The position numbers were made by a program, and so were the translations under genes. Shown here in pieces: positions 39,263-49,025 of a DNA stretch of 64,000 nucleotides. Origin of the DNA: an uncultured Chloroflexia bacterium (GTDB taxonomy: Bacteria; Chloroflexota; Anaerolineae; JAAYZQ01); NCBI GenBank assembly GCA_963700285.1, contig CAVOXA010000010.1:992001-1056000 (forward strand), in the 5' to 3' direction. How positions within the stretch are numbered: position 1 is the stretch's first letter; each line of letters starts with the position of its first letter. The notes beneath the pieces were generated by a model. It worked only from the letters and a program-made list of their open reading frames with translations, was not told the origin of the DNA and did not search any database.

Positions 39263-40279
39263 ATGAGCTATAGCCTGCTGGGAGTACACGTGAACATGAG
39301 CACCGGTGGTTTGTCCGAGGTGATCCAGGAATGGAAACCACCCCTTGTGGTGACCCTCGACCACAGCGACGTTTGGCGCAGCGTCAAAGCCACCTCGCCC
39401 AACACGATCCTGGTCGGTCGTCTCTATCAGGAATGGGAGCCCGACTTTGCCAGCGCATCTCTTGATCCAATTCAAGCAGCTCGCGAGCACTGCGAAGAGA
39501 TCCTGCCTTGGGCTGAGCGGATGGGTGAGACCTACAACTACTGGCAGGGAGTCAACGAGCCGATCATCACGGATCATGTATCCATGCAACGGTATGCTGA
39601 CTTTGAAGCTGAACGAACCCGCCAGTTACATGGTCACGGCTTCAGGGCGGCGGTTGGAAGTTTTCCCGTAGGCAATCCTGAACTGGCCTATTGGCAGAGC
39701 TTTCTGCCAGCACTGGAGGCAGCCTTGCAGTACGACGGCGCGATGGCGCTCCACGAGTATGCCTGGCCAACGCTGGACAACGAACATCCCTGGTATTTAC
39801 TTCGCCACCGCAAAGTATACGACGGAGAGCCGGAGCATGGGTGGGAAGGCCTGCCCCGGCACTTGAAGTCTCTGCCACTCCTAATCACAGAATGCGGGTT
39901 GGATGGATTGATCGAACAAGGGTATCCCCCCCGCGGTTGGCAAGTCCTCTATGGAAAGGACCCCGATCAGTATCTTGAGCAATTGGCCTGGTACGACGCC
40001 GAACTTGAAAAAGATCCCTACGTTGTAGGAGCGGCTCTCTACTGCTGCGGCACAGCCGATTGGCAGTGGAAAAGCTATGATATTTGGCCTGAATTCTCCC
40101 AGATCCTGGCACAGAAAGCCAAGCCCCTCTATCGCTTGACAACGACCCGGCTGCCACCGCCTCCTCTTGAAGGCGATGCATTCTGGTACGAGGTCATCGC
40201 CCGCATGGATCGGATCGTGGATTCGCTGGAACACAAGCTAAAGCCCGCACAGGCGCAGGAGATGGAAGGAGAGAACTGA
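39263..40279 (+). CDS. Putative clan GH-A glycoside hydrolase (TIM barrel) with C-terminal Pro linker and helix
   Basis: NEP (acid/base), ALHEY, LLITECG (nucleophile) in the expected order; AAGGAGG RBS; no signal peptide. Confidence 0.6.
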   Translation: MSYSLLGVHVNMSTGGLSEVIQEWKPPLVVTLDHSDVWRSVKATSPNTILVGRLYQEWEPDFASASLDPIQAAREHCEEILPWAERMGETYNYWQGVNEPIITDHVSMQRYADFEAERTRQLHGHGFRAAVGSFPVGNPELAYWQSFLPALEAALQYDGAMALHEYAWPTLDNEHPWYLLRHRKVYDGEPEHGWEGLPRHLKSLPLLITECGLDGLIEQGYPPRGWQVLYGKDPDQYLEQLAWYDAELEKDPYVVGAALYCCGTADWQWKSYDIWPEFSQILAQKAKPLYRLTTTRLPPPPLEGDAFWYEVIARMDRIVDSLEHKLKPAQAQEMEGEN

Positions 40280-41439
40280 TGGATAGTCCAAAGATCTTTG
40301 ACCGGCAAGGACGCGAGCAAGATTGGGATTGGCTTGCGGCCAACTTTGGTGACATTAGCCTCCAGCGGGCAGAGATTTCAAAAGGAGAACGCCTGGCCTT
40401 CCGCATTACCAAGCTCCAAGAGAGCGAAGGACCTGCTGTGCAGATTGTCCATGTGACGGTTGAGGGTGGCGAACCGCTCGAAGGTATTTGTGTTGCAAGA
40501 CATTGGCCAGATGCTCCCGAACTGCCTGTATGGCCCCCACCCGCTAGCTTCTGGCGAGACAGGGGAGTCCACGGCAAGACCAACGTAGAGGGAAACATCG
40601 GTTTTGGTATGGGACGTGGCGACTACTACTTTCCCCCCAGTGGTGGAGCCAGTGCTGTCTGGGTCGCTGATGCGGCCGGCCCGTCGGATTTTCTCAGTGG
40701 CTTGGGGATGTTGGGCGGCACGAACCACCGGCACGTGGATGTTCACTATCAGCTTGAGACGGCGGAGGCATCGCCACCGCCTGCGCCCGCGCCACCGCCA
40801 TCTCCGACTCCACCAGTGCCACCTCCATCAACTTCCTGGCCTGGTTTTGATATCTTGGACAAAACTGGCCACCGCCAAGATCCATACTGGTTGGAGCATC
40901 ACTTTGGAATCGTTGAGCACTACCCCACCTCAGAGCCTGACGCATACCGCCTGGCTGCCCTCCATGAGGTCGAGGGCCTTCATGAGTGCAAAATCACTAT
41001 CTTGAATGAAGGTGGCCTTCCAGAGGAAGGAATACCCGTATCCTTCCGGCGCAGGGATGGAACCGAGAGCCGTGTCAGAGAGACCGGGGCCGATGGCACA
41101 GCACACTTTCCGCTAGAGAGCGATGCCAAATACCCGGTACCTGGCCAGGGGCCATACTTGGTACTGGTAAAGAGGGTCGCAGGAAACAGCGACGCCGTGA
41201 TCGGTCTGGGCCGAGTACTGCGTACAGCCCGTCACCTGGACGTCACGTTCAGGTTTGTGCCTGGTAAGGCCCCGCTACCTCCACAACCACCACAGCCACC
41301 TCCCCCATCTCCTCCACCTCCACAGCCACCTCCTCGCCCCTTACCCCCGCCGCCATCTCCACCATCCAAGGAGGCGCTGCAACAACTCCTCGAAAGATTG
41401 GATCGCATTATTGCCTTGCTCGAGGAGCGAGTGAAGTAG
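40279..41439 (+). CDS. Hypothetical protein: two tandem ~150-aa repeats, Pro-rich linkers, C-terminal amphipathic helix
   Basis: Start overlaps upstream stop (TGATG), GGAG RBS; internal repeat visible by eye. Confidence 0.8.
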   Translation: MDSPKIFDRQGREQDWDWLAANFGDISLQRAEISKGERLAFRITKLQESEGPAVQIVHVTVEGGEPLEGICVARHWPDAPELPVWPPPASFWRDRGVHGKTNVEGNIGFGMGRGDYYFPPSGGASAVWVADAAGPSDFLSGLGMLGGTNHRHVDVHYQLETAEASPPPAPAPPPSPTPPVPPPSTSWPGFDILDKTGHRQDPYWLEHHFGIVEHYPTSEPDAYRLAALHEVEGLHECKITILNEGGLPEEGIPVSFRRRDGTESRVRETGADGTAHFPLESDAKYPVPGQGPYLVLVKRVAGNSDAVIGLGRVLRTARHLDVTFRFVPGKAPLPPQPPQPPPPSPPPPQPPPRPLPPPPSPPSKEALQQLLERLDRIIALLEERVK

Positions 41440-41460
41440 CCAGCGCGTCGAAATGTCAGC

Positions 41461-41492
41461 AGCCCCTGGCCGTCGTGGCCAGGGGCTTTTCC
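41461..41492 (+). terminator. Intrinsic terminator
   Basis: AGCCCCTGGCC-5 nt-GGCCAGGGGCT followed by TTT. Confidence 0.8.
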
Positions 41493-41547
41493 GTTGGCTC
41501 GGCTGGAACAGGTTGCCAAAAGAATAGGGTTGTGCTAGACTGAGTTT

Positions 41548-43503
41548 ATGACCGGGGCGATTGTGCAACGCTTCCACCTAGGGATCCTGCTCACAGTCCT
41601 GCTGGCCTTTGGCCTGCGGCTCTATGCCATAGATCGCCAGGATATCTGGGGGGATGAGGCTTTTAGCATTTGGCTCAGTGGCCAGGCCCTTCCCGAGGTG
41701 GTGGCTGGCGGCTCCGATACCCACCCCCCCCTCTATCCTTCACTGCTCTTTTTCTGGTTGCGTCTTGCCGGATCTGTTCCTCTGGCCACGCGATTCCTAT
41801 CGGTCCTGGCCGGAACCTTGCTAGTACCAGTGGTCTATCTCCTCGGTTGTTACGCTTTTCCCCCTTCTCGTTCACCATCCTCTGTTACTGACCAGGGCAA
41901 GCCAAACCTCGGAAAAAACTCGCTAGTCGGTGGCCTTGCCGCCCTCTTGGTCGCTGTCTCGCCTGTTCTGGTCTATTACTCACAGGAAACCCGCATGTAC
42001 GGCCTGGCCACCCTTCTGGCTGCAGCTTCAGTCTATTGCGCTGTACGTCTGATCAATGAGCCAAACTCAAGGGTAGCCTGGCTGGCCTATTATGTGACGA
42101 CTCTCGCTGCAGCCTATACACACTATTATGCCTTCTTTGTCATTCTGGCTGAGAATCTGGTCCTGATCATATTCTGGCTCCTGCGCCGCCAGCGCCGCAA
42201 CTTGCTCCACTGGTTTGTTGCACAAGGGTGCGTCGCCCTGGCCTATCTGCCCTGGATCCTCGTCCAGACTGCGTTCCTGAGTGGCAAGGCGAGCGCCCGC
42301 TACAAGGAATGGGGCTTGGCCACAGCCCTTCGCATTGCGGGCGAGACCTTCTCTGCCTTTGGCGCCGGGCTGGCTGTCCCGTCCATGGCAACCACCCTGA
42401 TTACCATGCTGTTTCTCATCGTGGTAGCTGCCGGTCTGACGGCCCTGCTTCGCCGTTCCCGGCCCCAGTCATGGCTGATCGCCGCCTATTTCTTCCTCCC
42501 GCTGTTTCTCGCCTGGGCCGTCAACCCCATTATGCCCTTCTTCTACCCCCGCTACTTGCTGCTCATCGCGCCTGCTTTTTATCTGCTGGCCGCGTGGGGC
42601 GTGATGGCCTGGCAACATCTGTGGCGCCCCTTGAGTGCTGTAGGGGCTGCGCTTCTGTTGATCGGGAGCCTTTACGGCTTGCTGGGCTACTATGCTGACG
42701 ACGCCTTCCTCAAAGGCCGCTATGGACAGATGATGGCCCATATTCAGGCCAACGCCCAGCCCGGCGACGGTCTCATCCTGGCCAACCAACTCCAGCGCCC
42801 AATATTCGAATACTATCAACCTGATGGGCTGGAAGCCTCCTACTTTCCCAGGTACGAGTACCCGTTGGAAGATCCACGCACTGCTCTTGACCTGGCAGCA
42901 TTTGCCAGCCGGCATCCACGCCTGTGGTTGATCCGCTTTGGAAACCCGGCCGAGTACGATCCTCAGGGCCTTCTGCCTCGCTGGCTGGCGAACCACGGCA
43001 GCAAAGCCTACTTTGATGGTTGGGTGGACGCTGACCTCTCGCTCTATGTCATGGCGCCTGCCGGAGACCCTAGTGCGATCCAGCGGCCACTGAGCGTCGA
43101 GCTGGGGGATCAGGTACGACTCTTGGGCTATGCCCTCAGCGCCGAGCAGGTAGCTCCTGGCGACACCCTGCTTTTGACCCTGTACTGGCAAGCGCTTGCC
43201 CCAATACCCGAACGGTACACCGTGTTCACGCACCTGCTAGACCCATCCGATCGTATTATTGCCCAGATAGACAGTGAGCCCCAAGGCGGAGGCCTGCCCA
43301 CAGATCGGTGGGGCGCCGGCCAGGTCGTCCAGGACAATTATGCCCTGGTTATTGACCCCAACGCCGGGTCAGGGCTCCATGTCGTTGAGGTCGGCATGTA
43401 TCTACTCGAGACCCTCGAGCGACTTCCTGTCCGTGATGCCGATTCGGGTACGCCCTTGGGCGACCGGGTGCTGATTGGTACCGTCGAGGTACAGGCCCCA
43501 TGA
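41548..43503 (+). CDS. GT-C fold glycosyltransferase (PMT/ArnT-like, GT39/83) with C-terminal Ig-like domain
   Basis: LRL....IWGDEAFS, DTHPPLY, YSQETRMY, YTHYY, PRYL; C-terminal LTLYWQA..YTVFTHL..EVGMY. Confidence 0.85.
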   Translation: MTGAIVQRFHLGILLTVLLAFGLRLYAIDRQDIWGDEAFSIWLSGQALPEVVAGGSDTHPPLYPSLLFFWLRLAGSVPLATRFLSVLAGTLLVPVVYLLGCYAFPPSRSPSSVTDQGKPNLGKNSLVGGLAALLVAVSPVLVYYSQETRMYGLATLLAAASVYCAVRLINEPNSRVAWLAYYVTTLAAAYTHYYAFFVILAENLVLIIFWLLRRQRRNLLHWFVAQGCVALAYLPWILVQTAFLSGKASARYKEWGLATALRIAGETFSAFGAGLAVPSMATTLITMLFLIVVAAGLTALLRRSRPQSWLIAAYFFLPLFLAWAVNPIMPFFYPRYLLLIAPAFYLLAAWGVMAWQHLWRPLSAVGAALLLIGSLYGLLGYYADDAFLKGRYGQMMAHIQANAQPGDGLILANQLQRPIFEYYQPDGLEASYFPRYEYPLEDPRTALDLAAFASRHPRLWLIRFGNPAEYDPQGLLPRWLANHGSKAYFDGWVDADLSLYVMAPAGDPSAIQRPLSVELGDQVRLLGYALSAEQVAPGDTLLLTLYWQALAPIPERYTVFTHLLDPSDRIIAQIDSEPQGGGLPTDRWGAGQVVQDNYALVIDPNAGSGLHVVEVGMYLLETLERLPVRDADSGTPLGDRVLIGTVEVQAP

Positions 43504-44477
43504 CGGACAGAACCAGGCTTTCGAGATCTTGGAAACTGACAATAGTCCTGCTCATCACCCTGGTAGCTGGTATTCTGCGCTTCTATCGACTGCAAGAGGT
43601 GCCACCCGGCCTCCACTTTGACAAAGGATTCAAGGGCGTTACAACCCGTGCCCTTCTTTGTGCACTGGGCGCCTGGACCCTATGGCGGGGTGCTGCAAGG
43701 GTAGATCGCCAATGGCCAAGGGTGGCTGTGGCCCTGCTGTTGACCGTAGGCCTGGTCTTTTCCGGTGTATCCACAGCGCGGGCCTATTATCTAACCTGGG
43801 GGCAAAGCCCGGACCTATTCTACGCCTACGACGTGGGGCTGGTCGAGATTGCTGAGTACATAAATATCCTTCCCGCAGACCAGGATGTCTACCTGACACC
43901 GACTTTCCGCGACCACTTTTCTTTGGCGTATCTCGCGCACCGCCCCTTTGAAAGCTTTGACGGGCGCGCGGGGTTGGTCTTTGCCCCGCCGGAACGGGAC
44001 GCCACGGTCATCGTTCTCTTGCGCGAGGACAGCGCAACCTTGCCCGCCCTGAAACAGATGCGTCCCGACGGAAATGTCACCTGGACGCTGACCGACAGCT
44101 TTGGCCGTCCCTACGCCGCGGCCTACCACCTACCGGCCTTGGCTGGCGAACTCGCTCCCTTCCCCCCACCGAACCACCGCATGGAGGCAACATTCAGCGG
44201 TAAAGCGCGCTTTCTGGGTTATTCCTTGGACGCAGAAACAGTCGCGCCAGGGAGTAGCCTGAACCTGATCCTCTACTGGCAGGCGTTAGCGCCACTCGAC
44301 GACGACTATACGGTCTTTGCCCATCTACTGGGCAGTCCTAAACCATCGACCGGCAGCCCCATCTGGGCAGGGCACGACGCTCAGCCGGACCTTGGCCACT
44401 ATCCCACTACCGATGCCGAGGGGCAGCCCATACCCGACGATGCTGTTTTGCTAGGGCCCATCCAGGTGGAGGACTAG
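43500..44477 (+). pseudogene. Internally deleted GT-C glycosyltransferase paralog (reading frame still open)
   Basis: First TM and PPGLHFD(K) join directly to the last TM helices; Ig domain jumps from YPTT to its final strand. Confidence 0.6.
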
Positions 44478-44521
44478 ACCTTGGCAATGGATATCGATGC
44501 TCGGAGTTCGGAGGAAAAGCC

Positions 44522-46877
44522 ATGACCCTCAAACGCCATCCTTGGATCCGCGCACTCTTTGTGCCAGCCTTTCTCTTGCTGATCACGCTTGGATTCTTTT
44601 GGCGCATACTCTTTACCCCTGACACCTGGAAACCAGCCGGCGGCGGTGATTTGGTATCCTTCCTCTTTCCCACGTACCGCTTTGCCGCCGCCAGCCTGAG
44701 ATCCGGGCAATTGCCCCTGTGGCAACCCCACCTCTACGGCGGCGCCCCTTTTCTGGCGGACATGCAGTCGGGTCTTTTTTATCCACCCAACTTGATTCTT
44801 TTTCTCCTGGCTCCCGATTTCCCCTACGAGGCCATGGAGTGGATGGCGGTCCTGCACATCTTTCTGGCGGGTCTGTTCATGTACCTCTGTTTGCGATACC
44901 TGGAACCGGGCCGCCCCATACGCGTTCCGGCTGCCCTGACGGGCGCCATCGCCTATATGTTCTCCGACCTGTTCATCGTCCACTTTGGCAACCTGAACCT
45001 CATCGCTGTGGCTGCCTGGCTGCCGGTCATTTTTCTCCTCTTCTGGCGAGCACTTCGAACGCAGCGCCTGAGTCTGGGCGCTGGGAGCAGGCGTCGCTCT
45101 TGGCATCGCCACACTGGAAGGCCACCTTCAGATCACCCTTTATATCGGCCTGGCCCTGACGGTAGCCGCTATCGCGGAAACCGTAACCACCCCACCACGT
45201 GTACCGGCACCGGGCGACTTGGCCGGAGGAACGACCGGGAGGGATACGAAAGGCCGACGCGGCTGGCCGCTGTTCGCCCTACTCGTCACCGCCGCCGTTG
45301 CCATTGGTCTCTCTGCGCTCGTTCTCCTGCCCACCCTCGAGTATACCCGCCTTAGCCCGCGCGCCGATCTACCCTACAAACAAGCTGCCCGCTTTTCCCT
45401 GGTCCCTGGACTGCTAGGCGAAATGGTGGTGCCCGCCCTGTTCAACACCCGAGAGCCAGGCCAATACTGGGGTGTCTGGGATCGCGTAGCTGTCGGCTAC
45501 CTGGGTATCTTTCCCCTGATCCTGGCCGTCCTGTCCGTCCTCTTGTGGTGGGGACGGCGTATCCGCGTGTTCGCCATCCTGGCTGGGGTCGCCTTTCTTC
45601 TGGCTCTGGGGGGCGAGTCGGTAGTCCATGGCTGGGCCTACCGGCTGTTGCCAGGCTTTGGCCAACTCCGCGCCCCGGCACGTACGATCCTCCTGCTGGA
45701 CTTTGCGCTGGCCGCCCTGGCGGCCCTTGGCCTGGGCCATCTCCTCAAACCGATGGATCGCCGGACTCGAAGATCATTTGAAAAGGTCTGGCGGGGATTG
45801 CTCTGGCTTACGGGCGCTGCAGTCATCGTCGGCGCGGCCTGGGCCTATCTGGTCGTCTACCAGGCGCAGGACCGCGATCCGGCCGTATTCTGGCGCGTAT
45901 CCGCCGCGGGCAGCGGCGCGATCTTTGCCCTGCTGATGCTGGTGGCTAGCATGGCCTGGCTCAGCGCCAGACGCGCAGGGCGCCCAAAGCGTCGAATATT
46001 GGCCTGGCTGGCCGTCGGGCTCGTCTTTCTGGATCTTGCTTCGGTGGGGGCCTACACCGATGTGGGCAACAAACCACCCACGGCTGGCTTTGACCACCCT
46101 GAGATTATCGGCTTTCTAAAGCAAGAGCCCGGGATCTTTCGTATTGACTCACGAACCGATGTTTGGGGCGCCTGGCAGCCTGACCTGGCCCTGCTGGCCG
46201 GGCTGTACGACGTGAGCGGCGTTGACAACCCACTTGTCGTGGCTGACATTGCTCGCTTCTGGGAGGGTACAGGAGGTCGCTCGACCCGCCTTTACGATCT
46301 ACTGGGCGTCCGCTACGTTCTAGGCAGCAAAGATGTAACGCTGGACTGGGACAAGTTCAGCCTGGCCTTCGACGCAGACCCATCGGTCAACGTCTACCGC
46401 AACGAGACACCCCTACCTCGCGCCTTCATGGTACATCGGGCGATCTCGGTCGCCGATCATGACGACGCCTGGGTCCGCATTCAGGAGCCCGGTTTCGACC
46501 CCGCTACAACCGTGGTCCTCGAGGGCGGCCGGTCGATAGAGATTCATCCTGACAGGCAGGCTAGCGTAGAGGTCGCACAGTATGACTCGAACGCCCTCGT
46601 GATAGCGGTCGATACGCCGGCAGAGGGCTATCTCTTCCTCAGCGATCCCTATTACCCTGGGTGGCAGGCAAAGGTAGATGACGAACCAGCACCTATCCTG
46701 CGGGCAAACTATGCATTCCGTGCCGTCGCGGTCCCAGCCGGTTCGCACCGGGTGACCATGACCTTCCAACCCACATCGTGGTTTGCCGGCTTGGGGATCA
46801 CGGCACTAACTCTTCTGGGCCTCGTCGGCTTGCTGGTGGGCTTGCTCTTTTGGCGGCGCCAGTCCAGCCAACCGTAG
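44522..46877 (+). CDS. YfhO-family multi-TM membrane protein (one frameshift near 45075)
   Basis: GQLPLW.P..YGGAPFLAD.QSGLFYPPN, GHLQ, RAPAR, PRAF, YYPGWQA.VD, NYAFRAV.VPAGSH. Confidence 0.85.
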
Positions 46878-46965
46878 TTGCCCGGCCCCGGCTGATATTT
46901 GTCATTGACAGCTCAGCGGGGTATGATATGTTGGTCCGGCGGAAAAACTACGCAGCGAGGCGGAA

Positions 46966-48387
46966 ATGCCACAATCATCCAACGTCATAGGGCGCGTTGT
47001 CAAGCGCCTGTTTGGCACCCTGCCCGGCCTGCTCACCCTGGTCGTGACCTGGGATGCCCTAATCGTAGCCACGCTATCGCTCTTCTCCGGGCCTGTTCGC
47101 CCGCTGGGTTTGGCTGAACTGCTTCGCATGGATCTCGGCGATGCCCACCGGGTTGGCCGCATCATCATGCTCTACCACTCGCTGGCCATACCCTTTGTCG
47201 CAGCATTGGTCTACCTGATCCTGGACCAAGTGCCCATGGGCGCCCCGGAGGAGGAGAGAAGGGTACGCCGCTCCATTGTGGTACCCGTCACCGCCGGCTA
47301 CATGCTTACCAGTTTAGGTGGCATGACCTTCGCCTATGGAGGGCGGAGCTGGATCGCCCACGGCATCTACCTGGTCGGGCTATCGCTCGTATTCTATGCC
47401 GGCGTACTACTGGCGATCGCCCTCTGGCCTTCGCGGCGCTGGGCAACCGATCCCACCCGCTACGCCCACCTGGCCGGCGTTTCCCTGGAGCGCTTGGCCT
47501 TCTTCCTGGTGGCCGTCTTTACCCTCGTCTCAGCCGCCATCGGCGGGGCGGCCGGGGCCTTTTTCGGAAACGGCTTCGCGGCCTTCCTGGCTGAGGACAT
47601 CGTACGGCAGGAAGTGCATACGACCTTCCAGTTGATGATCATCGCCCACCTGCACATCATGCTGACCCTCACCGACGTGATGATCCTGCTGCTGGTCATC
47701 CGCACGTATCGCGTCTCAGGCCGGGTACACAGGATTGCAGTCCCCCTGACCATCATTGGCACGGTCATTGTCACTTTCGCTACCTGGTCGGTCATTGGTT
47801 GGGAGGGCGCCCACAAGGTGATCAACATCGGCTCGGCGTTTTTACTACCCGGCGCCATCCTCGTCACCATTTGGGGCTTTGCCTTCTTGATCCGCGAGCG
47901 GATCGGTGAGGTACAGGCCAGTCTGGGCCAGAAGCTCCGGGCCTTGTTTGCCGATCCCATCCGCTTTGGTATCTTTTTCGAGTTGGTTTTCGTCAACCTC
48001 GTTGTCACTGTGCCAGGTGTCACCGTCGCCTTCAACCTGGATACCTATCGCTCACCAGCCTACCTGGCCGTAGAGAGAACGATCTTGGTCGGACACTGGC
48101 ACATACTGGCCACCCTGTCAGCCGTCATCGTTCTCTTGCTCATTGCCGATAGGCTGGGCACACACGGTTGGCTGCGCCAGGTCTTTGGCTGGGGCCTTTT
48201 GCTAGGATCGACCCTATCCTTCGTGTTTGTCAACGTCTACATGTTCAGGCAACCTGGTCAGGAGAAGGCCTGGACCGTGCCCTTGTTTGAGATGGGTATC
48301 GCCCTCAGCCTGGTGATGATCGCCATCTTTGTGGCTGCGCAACTGACCCAAACGGTTAGAGCAGAATCCCGCACCGATCCCGGATAG
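46966..48387 (+). CDS. Hypothetical ~12-TM membrane protein with periodic His motifs
   Basis: 473-aa hydrophobic ORF with YH, AH, AHLH, AH, GHWH motifs; GAGG RBS. Confidence 0.8.
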   Translation: MPQSSNVIGRVVKRLFGTLPGLLTLVVTWDALIVATLSLFSGPVRPLGLAELLRMDLGDAHRVGRIIMLYHSLAIPFVAALVYLILDQVPMGAPEEERRVRRSIVVPVTAGYMLTSLGGMTFAYGGRSWIAHGIYLVGLSLVFYAGVLLAIALWPSRRWATDPTRYAHLAGVSLERLAFFLVAVFTLVSAAIGGAAGAFFGNGFAAFLAEDIVRQEVHTTFQLMIIAHLHIMLTLTDVMILLLVIRTYRVSGRVHRIAVPLTIIGTVIVTFATWSVIGWEGAHKVINIGSAFLLPGAILVTIWGFAFLIRERIGEVQASLGQKLRALFADPIRFGIFFELVFVNLVVTVPGVTVAFNLDTYRSPAYLAVERTILVGHWHILATLSAVIVLLLIADRLGTHGWLRQVFGWGLLLGSTLSFVFVNVYMFRQPGQEKAWTVPLFEMGIALSLVMIAIFVAAQLTQTVRAESRTDPG

Positions 48388-48493
48388 CCGTACCAGACGC
48401 AACCCGTGAAGCAAGCCTGGTCTACCGCCACACTCCAAGCCTGCACAGTCTTGCGGTGTTGCAGGCGCAGTTACCCAGAATGAGCGCGATAGA

Positions 48494-48522
48494 TTGACAT
48501 TTTCTCCTGGGCCTGATAAAAT
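48494..48522 (+). promoter_or_regulatory. Sigma70-type promoter
   Basis: TTGACA-17 bp-TAAAAT with extended -10 TG. Confidence 0.75.
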
Positions 48523-48587
48523 GAATATACGAGGCCATCTTTCACGTCCGGGCCCCTTCTGGCTCGGAAACAAGGAGCTGAGAGGAC

Positions 48588-48953
48588 ATGTCTGAGGAGT
48601 ACGCGATCCCGCCAGCGGACGATCTGACCGATAACGACCGCGCAATGGCCGCCCTGTCTTACCCAATTCCCATCGTGGCCATTGTCGTTCTATTGGTCGA
48701 GGAGATGAAAACCCGTCCTTTCCAAAAGTATCATGCCGTACAGGCCCTGGCTGCCAACACCGTCCTCTGGACCACCATCATCCTGCTGGGCTGCATCCTG
48801 GGCACGCTATCGTTCTTTCTCGGTGGGGTATGCAGCACACTTGCCTTTCTGCTGTGGTTCATCACCCTCTATTGGGCGTACCAAGCCTATCAGGGCTTGT
48901 ACTTTGAGATCCCGGTCCTGACCCGGTTCTTGCAGAGTCAGAACTGGCTCTAG
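48588..48953 (+). CDS. DUF4870-like small membrane protein
   Basis: AALSY, F.KYHAVQAL, AYQG.YFEIP pattern; three TM helices. Confidence 0.75.
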   Translation: MSEEYAIPPADDLTDNDRAMAALSYPIPIVAIVVLLVEEMKTRPFQKYHAVQALAANTVLWTTIILLGCILGTLSFFLGGVCSTLAFLLWFITLYWAYQAYQGLYFEIPVLTRFLQSQNWL

Positions 48954-48973
48954 CCCCGACACAATCGCAAGGC

Positions 48974-49010
48974 CAAAGAGCGAGAAGACTTCCCTCGCTC
49001 TTTGTTGTTT
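48974..49010 (+). terminator. Intrinsic terminator
   Basis: CAAAGAGCGAG-9 nt-CTCGCTCTTTG followed by TTGTTT. Confidence 0.7.
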
Positions 49011-49025
49011 TCAGGAGCGCCTAAA

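Noticed and set aside
41270-41365. C-rich repetitive DNA as a repeat array or CRISPR
   Set aside because: It encodes a poly-proline linker; there is no repeat-spacer structure
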